This document shows positions 50,894 through 64,000 of a stretch of 64,000 nucleotides of DNA, piece by piece. The translations under genes were made by a program, and so were the position numbers. The stretch is from Lama guanicoe. Its lineage: Eukaryota. The notes below the pieces were generated by a model. The model was not told where the DNA came from. It saw only the letters and a program-made list of their open reading frames with translations, and ran no database searches. The stretch spans positions 13,796,974 through 13,860,973 of the forward strand of contig MU054187.1 of NCBI GenBank assembly GCA_013239625.1. The letters are read 5' to 3'. Numbering within the stretch: position 1 is the first letter of the stretch; the number at the start of each line of letters is the position of its first letter.

Positions 50894-51912
50894 GGGAGTC
50901 TGGTTAGAATCCTTGACTTAGAGAATGAGCATTCGACTTGAGCCTTCAAGTAGGGACAGCATTTGGATGGAAAAGCCATATGGGAAGGAGCCTGGGACAG
51001 CGAGAGCAGCAGGAGGAAACTTGGAACCAAGGAAGCATGGCCATGGAGGGAGCAACTCTTCTGGTCTTGGATTCTGCGTTCTTGTTTGAGAATCACTTTT
51101 CTGTTTAAATCACCCTGCTAAACGTTAGGGACCTTCATGAGCCACAGCCATGCTAAAAGTTTCTTATTTTCATAAAAATCCTTTCTTTTCATCGTTTATC
51201 TTTTCTCTCTCCTGAGAAGAAATTATTTCTTCTACACAGTAGTCCATCTGAGAAAAGCAAGTAAAAATAATGGATTTGTGTGATTAATCTGTTTTTAAAC
51301 CTACCTGTGTACACCTAAAATGCGGTCATCTTCCTAAGAAACTTGGAATGTCACTTAAAATCATACCAGTCATTTATATGAGAGACTGAAAAGTATTTAT
51401 CTGAGAAAATTACTATTTAATCACTGTAAACATCACTGCTGCCTTACTCGTAAAGTTTATTATGCATTTGGCATTATTGGGGGTGTTTCAAGGTCTGTCT
51501 GCAAAATAGACTGGTACAGCAGATAACTAACCAAACAATTCACTTTCCATAGCATGTGAAATATGTCTCTGCTTTCTTATCTTAGGAAGAGATGGGCTAG
51601 GCTCGCCTCCTACAGTTGCAGTGCTGATAGGAGGAGAAATCATAGTTGTACAACGCTTGTGAAAGGCTCTGATTCATAGTAAGCGCTCAGTAAATGTCAG
51701 CGATCATCAGCATTTATTTTTACTTTTACCTTAGATATTTTCTGTGTCTTCTCAGTACCTGATTCTCCAGCTAAATATCTTCTACATACTATTCAGCAAA
51801 GGTTTTACCCAGGAAGTCATCACCCCCTAGAAGCAGGGCCCTGTTTAGGTCAGTCCACTTTCAGAAAATTCAGACTCACAAAACAGATAATTCTGGGGAG
51901 GAATTATTGACA

Positions 51913-52262
51913 TCTCTCTTTGTCCATTGGGCTGCTGTGACAGAATGTCACAGACTCAGTGGTTTGTCAAGAACAGAAATTTATAACTCTGGAGGCTGGG
52001 AAGTCCAAGATCAAGAGTTGGTGTCTGGTGGGTGCCCACTTCCTAGTTCATAGACACCTGTCTTCTCACTGTGTCTTCGCGAAGCAGAAGGGGCAACGAT
52101 GCTCTCAGAGGTTTGTGTAATTAGGGCACTCATCCCATTCATGAGGACTTCACCGTCATGTCTTAATCACCTCCCAAATGCCCCATCTCCAAAAAGCATC
52201 CCTTTGGGGATTAGGTTTCAATATATGAATTTTGGGGGGATTGAAACATTCAGTCTATAGAT
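51913..52262 (-). mobile_element. MLT1A-type LTR
   Basis: gggctgctgtgacagaat..ctggaggctgggaagtccaagatcaag..cccattcatgagg..taatcacctcccaaa..gattaggtttcaatatatgaattttgggggg. Confidence 0.9.
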
Positions 52263-52352
52263 ACATAAAATGTGATTTTTTTTAACAAGAAGCAACATTG
52301 AATAAAAACAAGAAAGTATTTCTTCAGGTTCTTTAAATAAGTTCCTGTAAAA

Positions 52353-52531
52353 CTGGAGTTTTCAAAGTATGATTTAGGCACCGGCAGCAGCAGCATCACC
52401 TGGCAGCTGTTAAAGATGCAGGTGCTCAGGCCCGGACCCAACCTGCTGTATCTGAAACTCTGAATTTGGAGCTGAGCAATCCGTGTTTCAACCAGGGATT
52501 CTGATGCATGTTCAGGTCTGAGAACCACCTC
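52353..52531 (+). mobile_element. MER5A (hAT-Charlie MITE)
   Basis: ttttcaaagtatg..cagcagcagcatcacctgg..gaaactctg..gattctgatgca..tgagaaccac. Confidence 0.88.
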
Positions 52532-55089
52532 TCTGACACATCTCAAATTAAAACTAAACTTCATTGTGGAATAGGCACTGTTGGTTGCACATTAAAAATG
52601 TTATTACCATTTTCCTTACATTCATTATTTAAAAGATTAATCAGTTGTGTAAAAGCACACACATCTCATAGCAATGGATGTCATTTAGCGACCAAGTTAT
52701 CTGTTAGTAACATCAGCCTCCAACATCCTCCCTGCCCTGCATCCATGTTGATACCGTGTAGGTGTAATGTGAGCTGTGGTGCTTTACATTACACCTGTCC
52801 TGTCACGTAGGTTTTTTGAAACTTCCTGCTGCTTTTCTACAATGATTTTCCTAACTTGGGTGTAGAATTCCCCGCAGAACGCAGAGCACTAGGAGACTTC
52901 CGTTGTGACCTTTGTTGTCAGTGATGAGGTCAAAAGCCCACCCCAGCGCTGTATCAAAACATGATCTCATCAGTGGGTGCACATAACCAAAACATAAATT
53001 AACTTCCCTGGATTCAGATTTCGTGAACACGCCTATAAAAGGGTGGAAGAACTCATTCAGTACTGCTGTCATTTCCAACTAACTCGATTTCTCCCCCACC
53101 CTCCAGCTTGTCATCTTCCAGGGAACTCCTCACTGGGACCAAGACAGATAGAAGCTTGTGAACACAGACAAAAATGTGCACCCTCAAATAACACCAAACA
53201 AAGCGTGCCAGCAGTACAGAGTCTATACTGGTTCCTATTGTTAATGTCCTAAAATTATGAACATGGTTTCTATGTGGCCTGGTTGCCAATTTGGCTCAGA
53301 GAGAAGTCTGGTTTTGTTTTCATTTTGTGTTTTCTCCCCCAGAGCCTGGAAAATAGGGCACACCATCAATTACTTTGCTAGTGGCCCTTCAGAAACTTCA
53401 GGCTCCCAGAACATCAGAAAGGAGAGGAGGGCTGACCTTACCAGGCCCTCACTGTCTCAGGCTGCCACACTTGGAGGGAAAGAAATTATGTGAAGAAATT
53501 GAACCATGATGTGTCATTCATTTAATTTAAAAAGCCAGCTTCTGCCACGAATCTGCTAGAAAAATAGTGAGCTGAACTGTTAAATGTTGTGTTCTGTCAT
53601 AGGAGGCCTTCAACCTGGCAGACACGGCCCTGGATGCGGGTGGTGAGGCAGAGCGCTTATTGTACCTTAGAAGAGGTTTGGGAAGTGAGAGGCACTTGGG
53701 TCACCAGATTTAGGGGGTAACATTAGGGGTCCTGGAGGTCTGTAGGTTTCCAGTGATCCCTTCCTCAGAGCCATGCTGCCCTGTATTTGGGCTGTCCTTC
53801 TTCCCGGTGACCTGGCTTCATCTCTGGGCCAGTGGGGAGCATTAAGGAACCACTTCCCTGGCCCGGTTCTACCAAGGAAGCTTTTAGGCTTGCTTCTCAT
53901 CTTGTTAGGGCAGCAATTAAGAGCTCTTATGTAAATATCAATAAACGCTTCATCAAAAGGCCAGGGAGAGAAAAGTATGGAAATTAAAGGCCTTTTCTTT
54001 TCCTGGCTGCATCGTTCTATGCACAGTTCTAAGTGCAATTGTGGTGCTGTTGGAAGGAGAGAGCTTGGCCATCGTCTTATGCTGGAACGCTCCTCCTGCA
54101 AGGAGATGAGGGCGTCAGGCTCCAGCTCCTGGGAAGCATCTCTGAGACGGAAATTTGCAAGCCCTAACTTATCAGGAAGTGACCTGTCTGGGACTGTGGA
54201 CAGCAGAGGAAGAAGTAGACCTGTGATGTCACCACCACAGCCTCAGCTGATCCCACAGGTTGTCAGCAGTTGGGATGAGAAGACTGGGCCTTTATACCTC
54301 TCCTGTGACCACTCATTGGGTGTAGGCTGTCCTGAGGAAAGGGACATGATCTTGGGGAAAATGATGCTCTTCAGCCTTGACAATACCTAGAAAGGGTCTC
54401 AGCCGAGAGAGCTTCTGGCTGCCAATATTTCCAGCATCTGAGAGGATGAGGACTTCAGTCCTGGGGTCAGGGTAGGGGAAAAGCTGGGGTTCTATTCTTT
54501 GCAGTGAATCCTGGAGGGGAATGCACTGCAAGGAATAGAACCCCACCCCCACCCCCATCCCCGCCAAAAGAAAAAGAAATCTGACTGTAGTAGGTGGTTA
54601 AATGGTTTATGTAGGTAGTTCTGGGACAAGAGGTATAATGTCATTGAACTCTCTGAAAACTACCCATGAAATGGTGTGCATTTAGGGAAGAAGCTCTGGA
54701 TTGAACAGTGTGTTGTTCATGAAGAATAGATAATGCTTCCAAACATCGTCCTATTAATGTCACTCTGAGAAGTGTACCGCCTTTGATTCTATGCTTAAAC
54801 ATTTAAATATAGTCGATAAGTTTCCAGAAAGAGGCCAAAGACTGATTCTGCATCTAAATTCTCAATGTGCAGCTGCCAGAGGGTAAGTAAGCATCCCACG
54901 TGTCAACCATCCAGCTTGAAAATCTATTCTTGGATAATGTCAGTGACTGTGAAAAACAGACCTTTGCACTAGAGTTAATTGAGAGAGTTCAAGTCCAACT
55001 TACTTTATCAGTCATTTAGTCAATGACATTTATTGAGCAAATAACCTTTGATATAAAGGTTGTAAGGCACCATCAAAGAGGAGTGGAAA

Positions 55090-55255
55090 CAATGACTACT
55101 AACATTTGGCTCATTCTTCATTGTATGTGGAATATTTTAGCATTATATTATCTCATTTAATGAGCTATGTTACTGTCTCCATTTTATAGATGAGGAAAAG
55201 GAAGTTCAGAAAAGCAAGTAAATTGCCCAATTTCATGCAGCTGATAATAGGTGGT
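55090..55255 (-). mobile_element. MIR SINE
   Basis: tatctcatttaat..ccattttatagatgaggaaaagg..aattgcccaa. Confidence 0.75.
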
Positions 55256-58200
55256 ATTTATTACTCTAAACAATTTCTAGGAGTCTGCAGAATGGAAGGA
55301 GCTACTGAAATGACACAGCTATTACAGCTCATTAATAGCTGTAGAGAGAGTCAGAGGTAGCTTGTGTGTGTGTGTATGAAACAGCTAAGCCATCTTGGAC
55401 TCGGGGTATAGATTGGATGAGCACTGCATCCCTAAGAGGACATCAGCCTTCAGAAGAATTCTCTGACCTGACACTCAAGAATATGGAGTAGGCTTCAAGA
55501 TAAGTTAAGAGTTACTCTTTTGATGATCTCTCTAAAGATGAGAAATCTAGCAGTAACTCCAGATCTGAAGATGTGAAAGGTAACAAGTCAACAAAGGATG
55601 ATATAAATCTTAGCTCAGGACTCCTTCTTTCTACACTGGTGAATTCCTTTGACATTTTTTTTTAATTCCTTGATCTGTCCTTTACCTAATCATCAGTGGG
55701 ACTGAAGCTCAAGCTATTTACCAGCAAAGTGGTCTAGCTAAAGCTTTATTATCCCTGGAATCTGTTTCTTTCGCTGGCCCTTTCTATTGCACACAGCCTT
55801 ATAATGCGAAGTCCCACCTGGTTTTCCTCACTAGATTGTAGGTAGGACCCATCCCCCATTGACCAAGTCCAGTAAGGAATTCCCACACAGGAGCCAATCC
55901 AGTTTTTCTGATAAAATGTAAAGACTATAAAATTCAATGTTGGGAGGAATTTAAACTAGGTCTTAACTAATGGAGAGCAGGGAAGAAAAGATTAAGAACC
56001 TCTGAGACACTGTATCTGTGAAGAAATAAATCTTACTGGCAAGTCATTGTAGGTTCTGTGAAGATGGACATGTTGGATGGGTTTCTCTTATCTGCTGTAC
56101 CAGTGGGTGTGGTAGTGGTAGGCGGCTCAGTAGACAGTGAGAAACCACGAAAACTGAGTTTGTCTTAGGGTGGAAGAAAGCAATCAAGCCAAGTAGGTCA
56201 GAACACCCTTGGGTGTTGGTAGACAATGTAAGGTCTAGACAGATGTAGGGGAGGGATCTTAAGAGGCATCAGAGTTGTTTGTCTGGTGTATGGAGCATGG
56301 GAGTGAGGTGTTTGCTACCAGGACTGCTGGCAGCAGATAATGGCACCCAGGCAACCTCGGTGGGAGAAATGGAAGTGCAGAGAGGCTCAGTTTAAAGACC
56401 CGGGGTTGCTGCGGGTTACGTGGGCAGATGCAGACTCAGAGGAACAGGACTGGGACCCAGTTCCTGACTAAGATCTACCTCGGGGAATTGGCTGGGCAAC
56501 TGGGGCAGAAAGTCCACCCCTAAAGCTCCAGTCTTCAGTTGGAAGGAGCCAAAAGCAGGTGTGGCTGGAGAGAGAGGGATGTTAGACAGAGAAGCTCAGA
56601 GGATGACCTTCCCCTGCCAGGGCAAACCTGAAAGACAAGGGCCGGATTCAACTGAAGGAAAGTGAGGGAGAGCTGGGCTAGTCGAGGGGCAGGGGATTGA
56701 GAGCACAGGAGACTGGCCCCTGGATGCTAAGCCTCCTGAAAATGGAAAGAGAAGGGGTCAGTCTGAGAAATTGTGTTCAGAGAAAAGGTCACACAGCAGT
56801 GTCTATGTTTATGGAGTGACTAGAGGAGGACTGGTGAGATCTTTCTTAGGCATTCAGCCTGAGTGATGAGTGTGTGTCTGGTCAGAATGAGCCTAAGCAC
56901 CTTCTGAAGACTCTGATCCTTCTCTCCTCTCACTACCTGAAGTCCTGAGTTTCCACAGTTAGAAATAGTACGTATTTATTATTATGAGCTGATCTAATAG
57001 CTCAATGTGGACACTTGGTTATGGATCTGTAGATAGAAAGCACCAAGGGTTTTGGCTCAAAGTGTTGGTTTTAAACCACCAACCACAATTTTTTTTAATA
57101 AAAAATACATAAGTATAGTCCACAAGGTACCCAAGTTGACTATAATGCCTTTCCTTTAAGACAACTGTGAATTCGTCAGGCAGCGGGATTGCTGCTTCAT
57201 GTCCCCAGAGAGGTCAGTTACCAGTTAGTGTCATGGTGCCAGGTTTCTCCTCGTGCAGATAGGCACAGGGATTCATAGTCGTGTTTTGCTTTTGTTTTGC
57301 TTTTGCTTTTTTACTATCCCCAGGATCATTGTTTCCATCTGTACAGAATGCTGCAATAAACACTCCACAAGTTAGAAAAATAAACATGACCTGTCTTTCC
57401 ATTGTCTCATGCAGAATAAAAAATATGCTTACAGTTTTTGTGTTCTGTAAAGCCCCCTTTGAAGAATGATGAGCAAAGTTGCCACCAGTTTGTTAAAATA
57501 ACAGTTGGGTCTCATTTGAAGCAATGAGATTATGAAGCAAGTCATATAATTCTTAAAAAGTCTTCAAGAAGTGATCCTGCTTTGCCATTGCATTGCCCAC
57601 AGCTTCAGTCTTTATTCACGAATCTGTGTGTGTTTCGGGTGTGTGTTGCTCATTGTCCATCTGGTTCTCTGCTGAATCCCATTCCCATCAGTGCCGCTGC
57701 TTCCCGTGATCAGCTTTAGGGCTTCTTTGTTTGATACCAGTTTGATACCCCTTTCTGCCATTGCCTTGTAAATAATGGTGCTTACTGATTAGTACTTTAT
57801 GGACTAAGAAGGGACCTTGAGAGATCATTTAATCTCAAACCTTGCCTTCTGAGAGAGTCAGAGAAGAACCATCCCGGAGAGGTGAGAACCTAATTCTCAA
57901 AGACATTCAGAGAAAGTAATTTCACAGCTTTCCTTACTCTCCCACTTCAGTGTTTTCAAAGAGAATAACCTTTACAGACAGGAAGTGGCTCTCTTTTTAA
58001 ATCTCTAACTTAGGTTCCTCATGCTGCAATTTAAATTCTTCTTGCGAGCACAGGAGGGATGAAGAATGGTTGGTGGATGCCCTTTAGATTTTGAAAGAGC
58101 CTCCTAATTGTCCCGTTTTTTGTTCCTATGTTTCTCTTCTCCTTCAGCTACCCGATTTGGTTACTCTGGTTTTATTTTTTTAGCTCCATTTCACAGAATG

Positions 58201-58502
58201 CAAAACAGAACAAGGGGTGACATGGTGAGTCGGTGATGCGAGTTAGGGAATCAAAAAACCTGACCCCACTCCTGCAAGCACAGGCTGCACAAACACAGGA
58301 GTTGCCACACACACAGAAGCCTCACCAACACTCCGTGCCCAAGAAAGAGGTTATCCAGAGCTCGGAACTAAAAGCGGTGCATCTTGTAAAAAAGTTAGGA
58401 CAGGAATAAGGCATGTGTTTCCTGTTCAGGGTTATTTTTCTCCCATTTTCCAGGTCATCAAGACATGGCCTGGGAAATACACTTTTTCACTTTCAAATAA
58501 GC

Positions 58503-58870
58503 TGTCATTCAGGGTGTCAGCTGGCCAGAAACAGACCACGCAGCACACTCAAACTGGAGGAGAGTGTAACAAAGGGACCCTTAGGTGGAACAGGGTGAGG
58601 GGACCCCAAGGAAGTGGTAATAGTGGGGCTCTGTTCCCACGCCCAGGCCTGAAGAGTTGAGGACACCAGAACCCAGACACAGAGAGAATGTAGAGAGAGT
58701 CCCTGGGTGAGGGGTGTGACCAGACTCCTGTGATGAAGCCAGTCTCCTACCAGTGTGCCCCATCCCAAAAGGTGACCAGTCCCAAAAGGAAGCTGGAGAG
58801 CACTGCAGGCAGACTTCACTGTGGTCCATTGCAGTCAGCCTTGCAGGGCCCAGAGGAAAACAGGGAAACG
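58503..58870. mobile_element. Old ERVL-type LTR fragment (LTR79-like)
   Basis: tgtcattcagggt..gaaacaga..cacactcaaactggaggagagtgtaacaaagggac resembles recalled LTR79. Confidence 0.45.
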
Positions 58871-60758
58871 TGGAGAGCAGGCCTGGTGGGCAAATGAGAG
58901 AGTTCCAGTACTGACGGTAAGAAGAAATGTGGCTTCTTATGGAAAGTAGAATTTGGATTGTCTATTCTGCTTAGTTCTCTTTTCCTTGGAAAGTACATTA
59001 TTTCAACAGTGTGACCACAGAAGAAACAGCTAAGTGTGAGTAGAGGTGAATGTACAGTTTGTTTTAATGTGCTGAGGTCACCCAAAATGACTTATCCTGG
59101 GACAATAAGGAATCAATAGTTGAGTACTGACTGGAAGTTGCCATTGATTTCAGGGAATGCCATCTTCGGGTGCATTATCTTAGAGTTGATGCTTCTCTTT
59201 TCAAGGGTCGGGAGAAGCCTCAAATCTCCCTGCAGGCTCTCTTCCACTGGTGTTAATTATTCAGGCATTTTACCCTTTTAGAGTGCAAAGAGTGATGACT
59301 TCTCAGTCTTTGATTTCAGTGTCTTCATGAATGTGCCTGTTTCTCCCTCTGCTCAGCGGGAAGGCACATGCAGACTTGTTTTGTATCAGAAACATGGGCT
59401 CCAGTGGTTTTCCTGGTTCCAACCTCTGGACTTCACAATAATGTCTTTCTGCCTCCGTGTTTCATAAAAATGGAAGCAAAGTGTTTCCAAAAGTCTGACA
59501 TAGTTTAAAGAGTGAGAATCTGGCTATGGTTATTCTTACCCCTGTCCTATTTTTATCAGGCTGGCTTGGTGACATAAGAGATTTCAGAAATCAAACTCTC
59601 CCAGGATCGCCTTTCTACCTTGCGGACATCAGTAGCCTGACGTGTGACTTGGATATCTACGCCCTGCCAGGTGGTTAAGGAACAGCTAATAAAAAATGGC
59701 AGGTGCTGAAAAAAGTGATGTGTCATTTTACCTTGTGATAACATCACTCTCCCAGGCACTGACTTTGTTTATTGCCTCTTTGCATATTTTCATCAAGCAG
59801 CCAGTGGTTTGAGTTTAACCTCTGCGGTTATTAAATATGTCTACAAGAAGAGGCGTAGGAGTACTATTTTTTTCTACTGAAAGCAAAATAAATAAATAAA
59901 TAAATAAAAGAGGAAAAGAAAAAGAACACTCTCCCTAGTCTGTCTCTATCACTTACACTGTAAAACAAAAACAAATTTTTTTGAAGTTTCCTTGGCATGC
60001 AGTAAGGTCAAAAGAAGATCCCAAACTAATTTTTTACTCTTTTGGAATGTGGTTAACCTCCTTAAATAAAGAACGAGATTCTTTCTGTCTCTCAGCTATG
60101 CCAAGTATGCCTCTGTTTGATGACAGTGGAACCATTCGGTAAGTTGCTTTTTAACCAGAATGGTCTCAGAGACGCCTCTTATAGTCGAGCGGTTGCTCAG
60201 CCCTGGGAAATAGCTGCACTGACTCTGGATGAAGCCATGAAATGGAGCTTTTGACATTGCAACTTCTTGCCCAGTCAGTAACCCAGCTCCTAAGTGTTCG
60301 TGACCTTCAGTCTGTCCAGAGCATCTATGGAAGCACTTTCATAGCATCAAAACACCTTTATCTGGTGTCCCAGTGTTCCCAGGACCACATTAGCTGGCAG
60401 ATGTTTTAGGGCAGTAATTAATTAACTTTAATCTATCCCCAGATAGCTTAGATTTCATGAAGGTCTCTCAGGCACACCAGTGCAAAGGCATGTTGGCAAT
60501 TTGGGGACAGTTACGCCTTCTGACTCCCTTCAGAGCACGTGCCACAGGACGTGGCTAATACACTACAGTTCTGCTTTATTTCCCATATTTACCTCTTTCA
60601 GATCTCATAAAAACTCCCAAATAAGAAACCAGTACTTGGAAATGATAAGTGACTTATCTAAGGACACAGATAATTAGAGTCAATAATGAACTGACATGAG
60701 GAATGTGGCCTTTGTTCTTGTTCAGGCTCTGCATATTTTGAACCATAGGGAAAGAGAA

Positions 60759-60793
60759 TGTGTGTGTGTGTGTGTCTGTGTGTCTGTGTGTGT
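60759..60793. repeat. (TG)n/(TCTG) microsatellite
   Basis: tgtgtgtgtgtgtgtgtctgtgtgtctgtgtgtgt. Confidence 0.9.
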
Positions 60794-61198
60794 TGAGTAA
60801 GAGCAGAAACTAAGGGACGCGTGGATGGGAAGAGCAGGGAGGCCCACCCCCCTCAGCAGTGGTGACAGGTGGCCTCACACTGAGCTGAGTTATCGCTGGC
60901 TTGGCCACAGTGTGCCAGAACCAACAGCATAGTGACATCTCAGAGGACCCTTCCGTATTGCCAGACATACTCCATATGCCACCTCCTTGGTTAGATGCAA
61001 GGAAGAATTTCCTAACCAAGGCATTAAACATCCAGATGTATTCCTAGTCATCTCTAGAGATTTTAAGAAGAGATTAAATTTAAAGTACGGGCTTCCTTGA
61101 AAGAGAGGCACTGGATTGGAAAGCCCCTCAGGACTATTGAAGCAGATGGGTCAGCGTGCTATTTCTTCTTTATTCGTTCATCAATATTATGGGCCTCC

Positions 61199-61601
61199 CG
61201 TATCAGGATGGGCTAAGTTATACTAATAACAAGCCACGCCAGAATCTCAGTAGTCTACAAGGACAAGAATCTGTTTCTTGCTCTTGCTACATGTCCATCG
61301 AGGTCAGCCAGGGACTCTGCTCAGCACTGTCCTCACTCCAGGATCCAGATGGACAGAGCAGCCACTGTCTGGGATGTTGCTGGCCCCCCTGGCAGGGAGG
61401 AAGAGTGCTATGTCGCATCTTGCACTGGCAGTTGATTGCTCTGTCCCAGAAGTGATACCTTTCATTTCCACTCGTAACTCATTGGCCAGACCACATTGCA
61501 CAGCCCAGCACAACCATAGGTGGGCCAGGTGGTGCAGTCCTACCGTGAGCCGGGGAGGCAGAGAGCCAGGGATACTTGCAAACAGCACTAATGATAGCCA
61601 C
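61199..61601 (-). mobile_element. Old MLT1 (J/K/L-like) LTR
   Basis: tcaggatgggctaagttat..aatctcagt..tttcttgctc..ctcattggccaga..aacagcactaatgatagccaca. Confidence 0.8.
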
Positions 61602-62024
61602 ACTGCCTACATGTGCTGTGCTGTCTCGGAGGTCCAGGCTCACAGTCTCCTCTTGCAGTCTGTACGTTCATACTGAAGAGTCAGATACGTAAACTGTCAA
61701 CTTCAGTTACTTTTAATAAGGCCTCTGATAAAGAATGCACAGGAGCACATATGAAGGGAAGCCTAAATTATTCATAGAGTCACGAGATGTGCCAGGCGCC
61801 ACATCAGCCGTGACGCCTACCTACAGTCTTGCTGGTAGAGTGGGTAGTAGCATTTTGTTCACTGATTCCTGCTGATAGAGTGGCAGGTTTCTTGCCCTTT
61901 TATCCTGCCATATGCATTTTGTTTTGAAAACGGTTGTCCTGGTGGCCTGACTCAGACCATGGCTCTGTCCATGGTCCTGTGACCTGAGCTGACATCGAGT
62001 TAGATAATGTGGATTTCTTCTGTA

Positions 62025-62262
62025 ACAATAATGTAACATTAGCTATCATTTACTGAATGCTTACTGTATGCCATAGATGGTGGTCAAAGCTTTACGTGCA
62101 TGTGGTTTATGCACTTCAGTATTCTAACGTTTAGTGACCACTCATGGAATTATCCATTATGGCAATAAATCTGTAAGGTGCATATTATTATCGGGTTTTT
62201 TTCCCCCTTTTTTACAAATAAAAGAAGTTCAGAGATGGGAGTAAATTGGCAAGGTCATAAGT
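62025..62262 (-). mobile_element. MIR SINE (fragmented)
   Basis: agctatcatttactgaatgcttactgtatgcca..ttttacaaataaaagaagttcagaga..ggcaaggtcata. Confidence 0.65.
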
Positions 62263-63753
62263 CGAGATAATTTTTTCCTACCTTTCAGTAGATGTGAATA
62301 CCTCAAACGTTAGGAGAAGGATTACGGCAATAATAGTAATATGAGACCTGAATTAATATTAGTACGGCAACAATATTAATATGAGACCCCAAATGTGTGA
62401 TAGGCATTGGTATCCAGTCTCTTGGCTGATATACTTGGAATAATGCCTAATATTAAGAAAGGGATGGAACATTCTCTCCAATCACCACGTGGGGCTTCTT
62501 TTGATTTTACCGTCAAGTGCTGCAAACCCAGGTTGTCCGTCATATCCATAAAGGAGTACTCAACCCCCAATAGTTCCTGACACTCTTGTGGAAACAGTGG
62601 AAGTGCTAGGAAGGCAAGGTCCTCGCTCACCTGTTCCCTAGAATGAAACATTCTTGGCGACACCAGTCATGAAACCATCTAATTTATTAATCTTTTAAAA
62701 TACAGAGGATAATGACATTCCTCTCATCTCAGAGCTCTTCTGCTGAAAATATGCAGATGTATTTATTACTAAATACATTCATTTCATAGTTAAACATTTA
62801 CAAGTTTGGTTTATAGAGTGGTTGGGGTTTTCCCATCAAAATATATTTTCTTTGATAAAAATCTAAATTACCCCTTAATTTTCTGTCTGCCTAAGTCATT
62901 ATCAGTGTCCTCCCACAGATTTCATTTTAGTTGAAAAGTAGAAAGAAGCTTTGGGGCCTGAGAGTTAAACACTTTCCTCCTTTGCCCCTGCTCAGTCATA
63001 TTAAACCAGGGAGAAGTCATGAGTAGGTGGTAGCAGCTGACAATTGTAGTGTTTTAGTGCAGAAGGAAGGAAGGGAGGAAGAAAGGAAGGGCAAAAAAAA
63101 TCAATTCTAATTGAAAAACAAGGAGCCAAAAAGACAAAAGGAAAACCCTAAGAAAATTAAATTTATTCAAATACATAACAGGAAGAAAAAAAAGATTAAG
63201 GGAAATAGTGAGGTGAAAAAAAAAAAAAACAACGATGACCAGTCTTCTATTCTATATTCTGAAGAAAACATTCAGAGGCTCTGAAGCATTTAAGATGAAG
63301 AATGGAATTAAAGAGAAATGAGGTCCAAACTAATGAGTGACCAAGGCTGGCCTACTCACTCATCCATTCCATCTCCCTGCATGTTTCACATTGTGATCTT
63401 AGAAACTATACCTTAAGCCACAAATTCTGTTTTTAAGTATATTTTATGCTACCTTTCTCTTCTGTGATGATCTGTAGTACTTGAACCTCCAGACACAAGT
63501 AAGTCCTGCTCTCTCTAGGTACACCAGTATCTTGGTGCTTGGAAGGAGACACATTTGCTGCCAAGTTTGCTGAGACTGAGCTGGGAGGGATCAGAGAACA
63601 GGAGAGAGTTGTCATGTATGGATGATACTTACCCATCTTTTTTTTTTAAATATTATCTGTTGTGGAGAAAACGTCTCTGGATCTTAACCCTTGCTATTTT
63701 GCTCTAATTCTTCACCTAGCAAGTGTTTCTCTCTTTTTTTTCTTGCTTGGCAC

Positions 63754-63805
63754 CTTTTTTTGTTGAAGTATAGTTGACTTGCATTGTTGTGTTAGTTTCA
63801 GGTAG
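63754..63805 (-). mobile_element. Tiny L1 3'-terminal fragment
   Basis: ttttttttgttgaagtatagttgacttgcattgttgtgttagtttcaggt is the reverse of a cetartiodactyl L1 terminus. Confidence 0.7.
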
Positions 63806-64000
63806 TTTACATCAGAACCATCCGCACACTCCACAGAAGTCTTTCCCAACATCTTTAAATATGCCTTCAAATCCTCCTTCCAAAAGCATTTCATGGCCAA
63901 GCTCATCTCCTTCCAAAACTTTTCCTACCCCAACAGAACCTCTCCTGGTCGTATGTCATGGTTTCCTCCACTGTGTTCTTGTCACCCTTTATGCCTGCCT

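Noticed and set aside
50581..51096. 171-aa His/Thr-rich ORF, the longest in the track
   Set aside because: It is a translation of the (CA)n-like simple repeat.
1..64000. CRISPR arrays, operons or other prokaryote-type systems
   Set aside because: The sequence is mammalian. No regularly spaced repeat-spacer array or gene-dense region was seen; the short direct repeats (5635, 21216, 34390) have only two copies.

Overview
Mammalian genomic DNA, AT-rich, CpG-depleted and repeat-rich. It is very probably camelid (camel/alpaca/llama), based on a Vic-1-type tRNA-derived SINE with a target-site duplication (TSD) at 24.1-24.3 kb. I could not identify any intact protein-coding gene; almost all ORFs in the track are chance ORFs or fall in repeats. 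The one clear gene-derived feature is an old, intronless, minus-strand retrocopy of cTAGE5 (MIA2) at ~13.7-16.55 kb, now carrying stops and frameshifts. It has three oddities: three diverged ~240-260 bp tandem copies of the CDS end plus proximal 3'UTR; a precise loss of an internal ~43-codon block and of the transmembrane segment; and a ~1 kb GC-richer 5' extension with splice-like signals. The rest is L1, L2, MIR, MaLR/ERV LTRs and hAT/Tigger elements (several nested, several with TSDs), a near-perfect 134 bp tandem duplication, a candidate promoter at ~47.35 kb and several weak exon candidates. I found no evidence for a new biological system. Repeat family names and parent-gene alignments are from recall of consensus sequences, not from a search.
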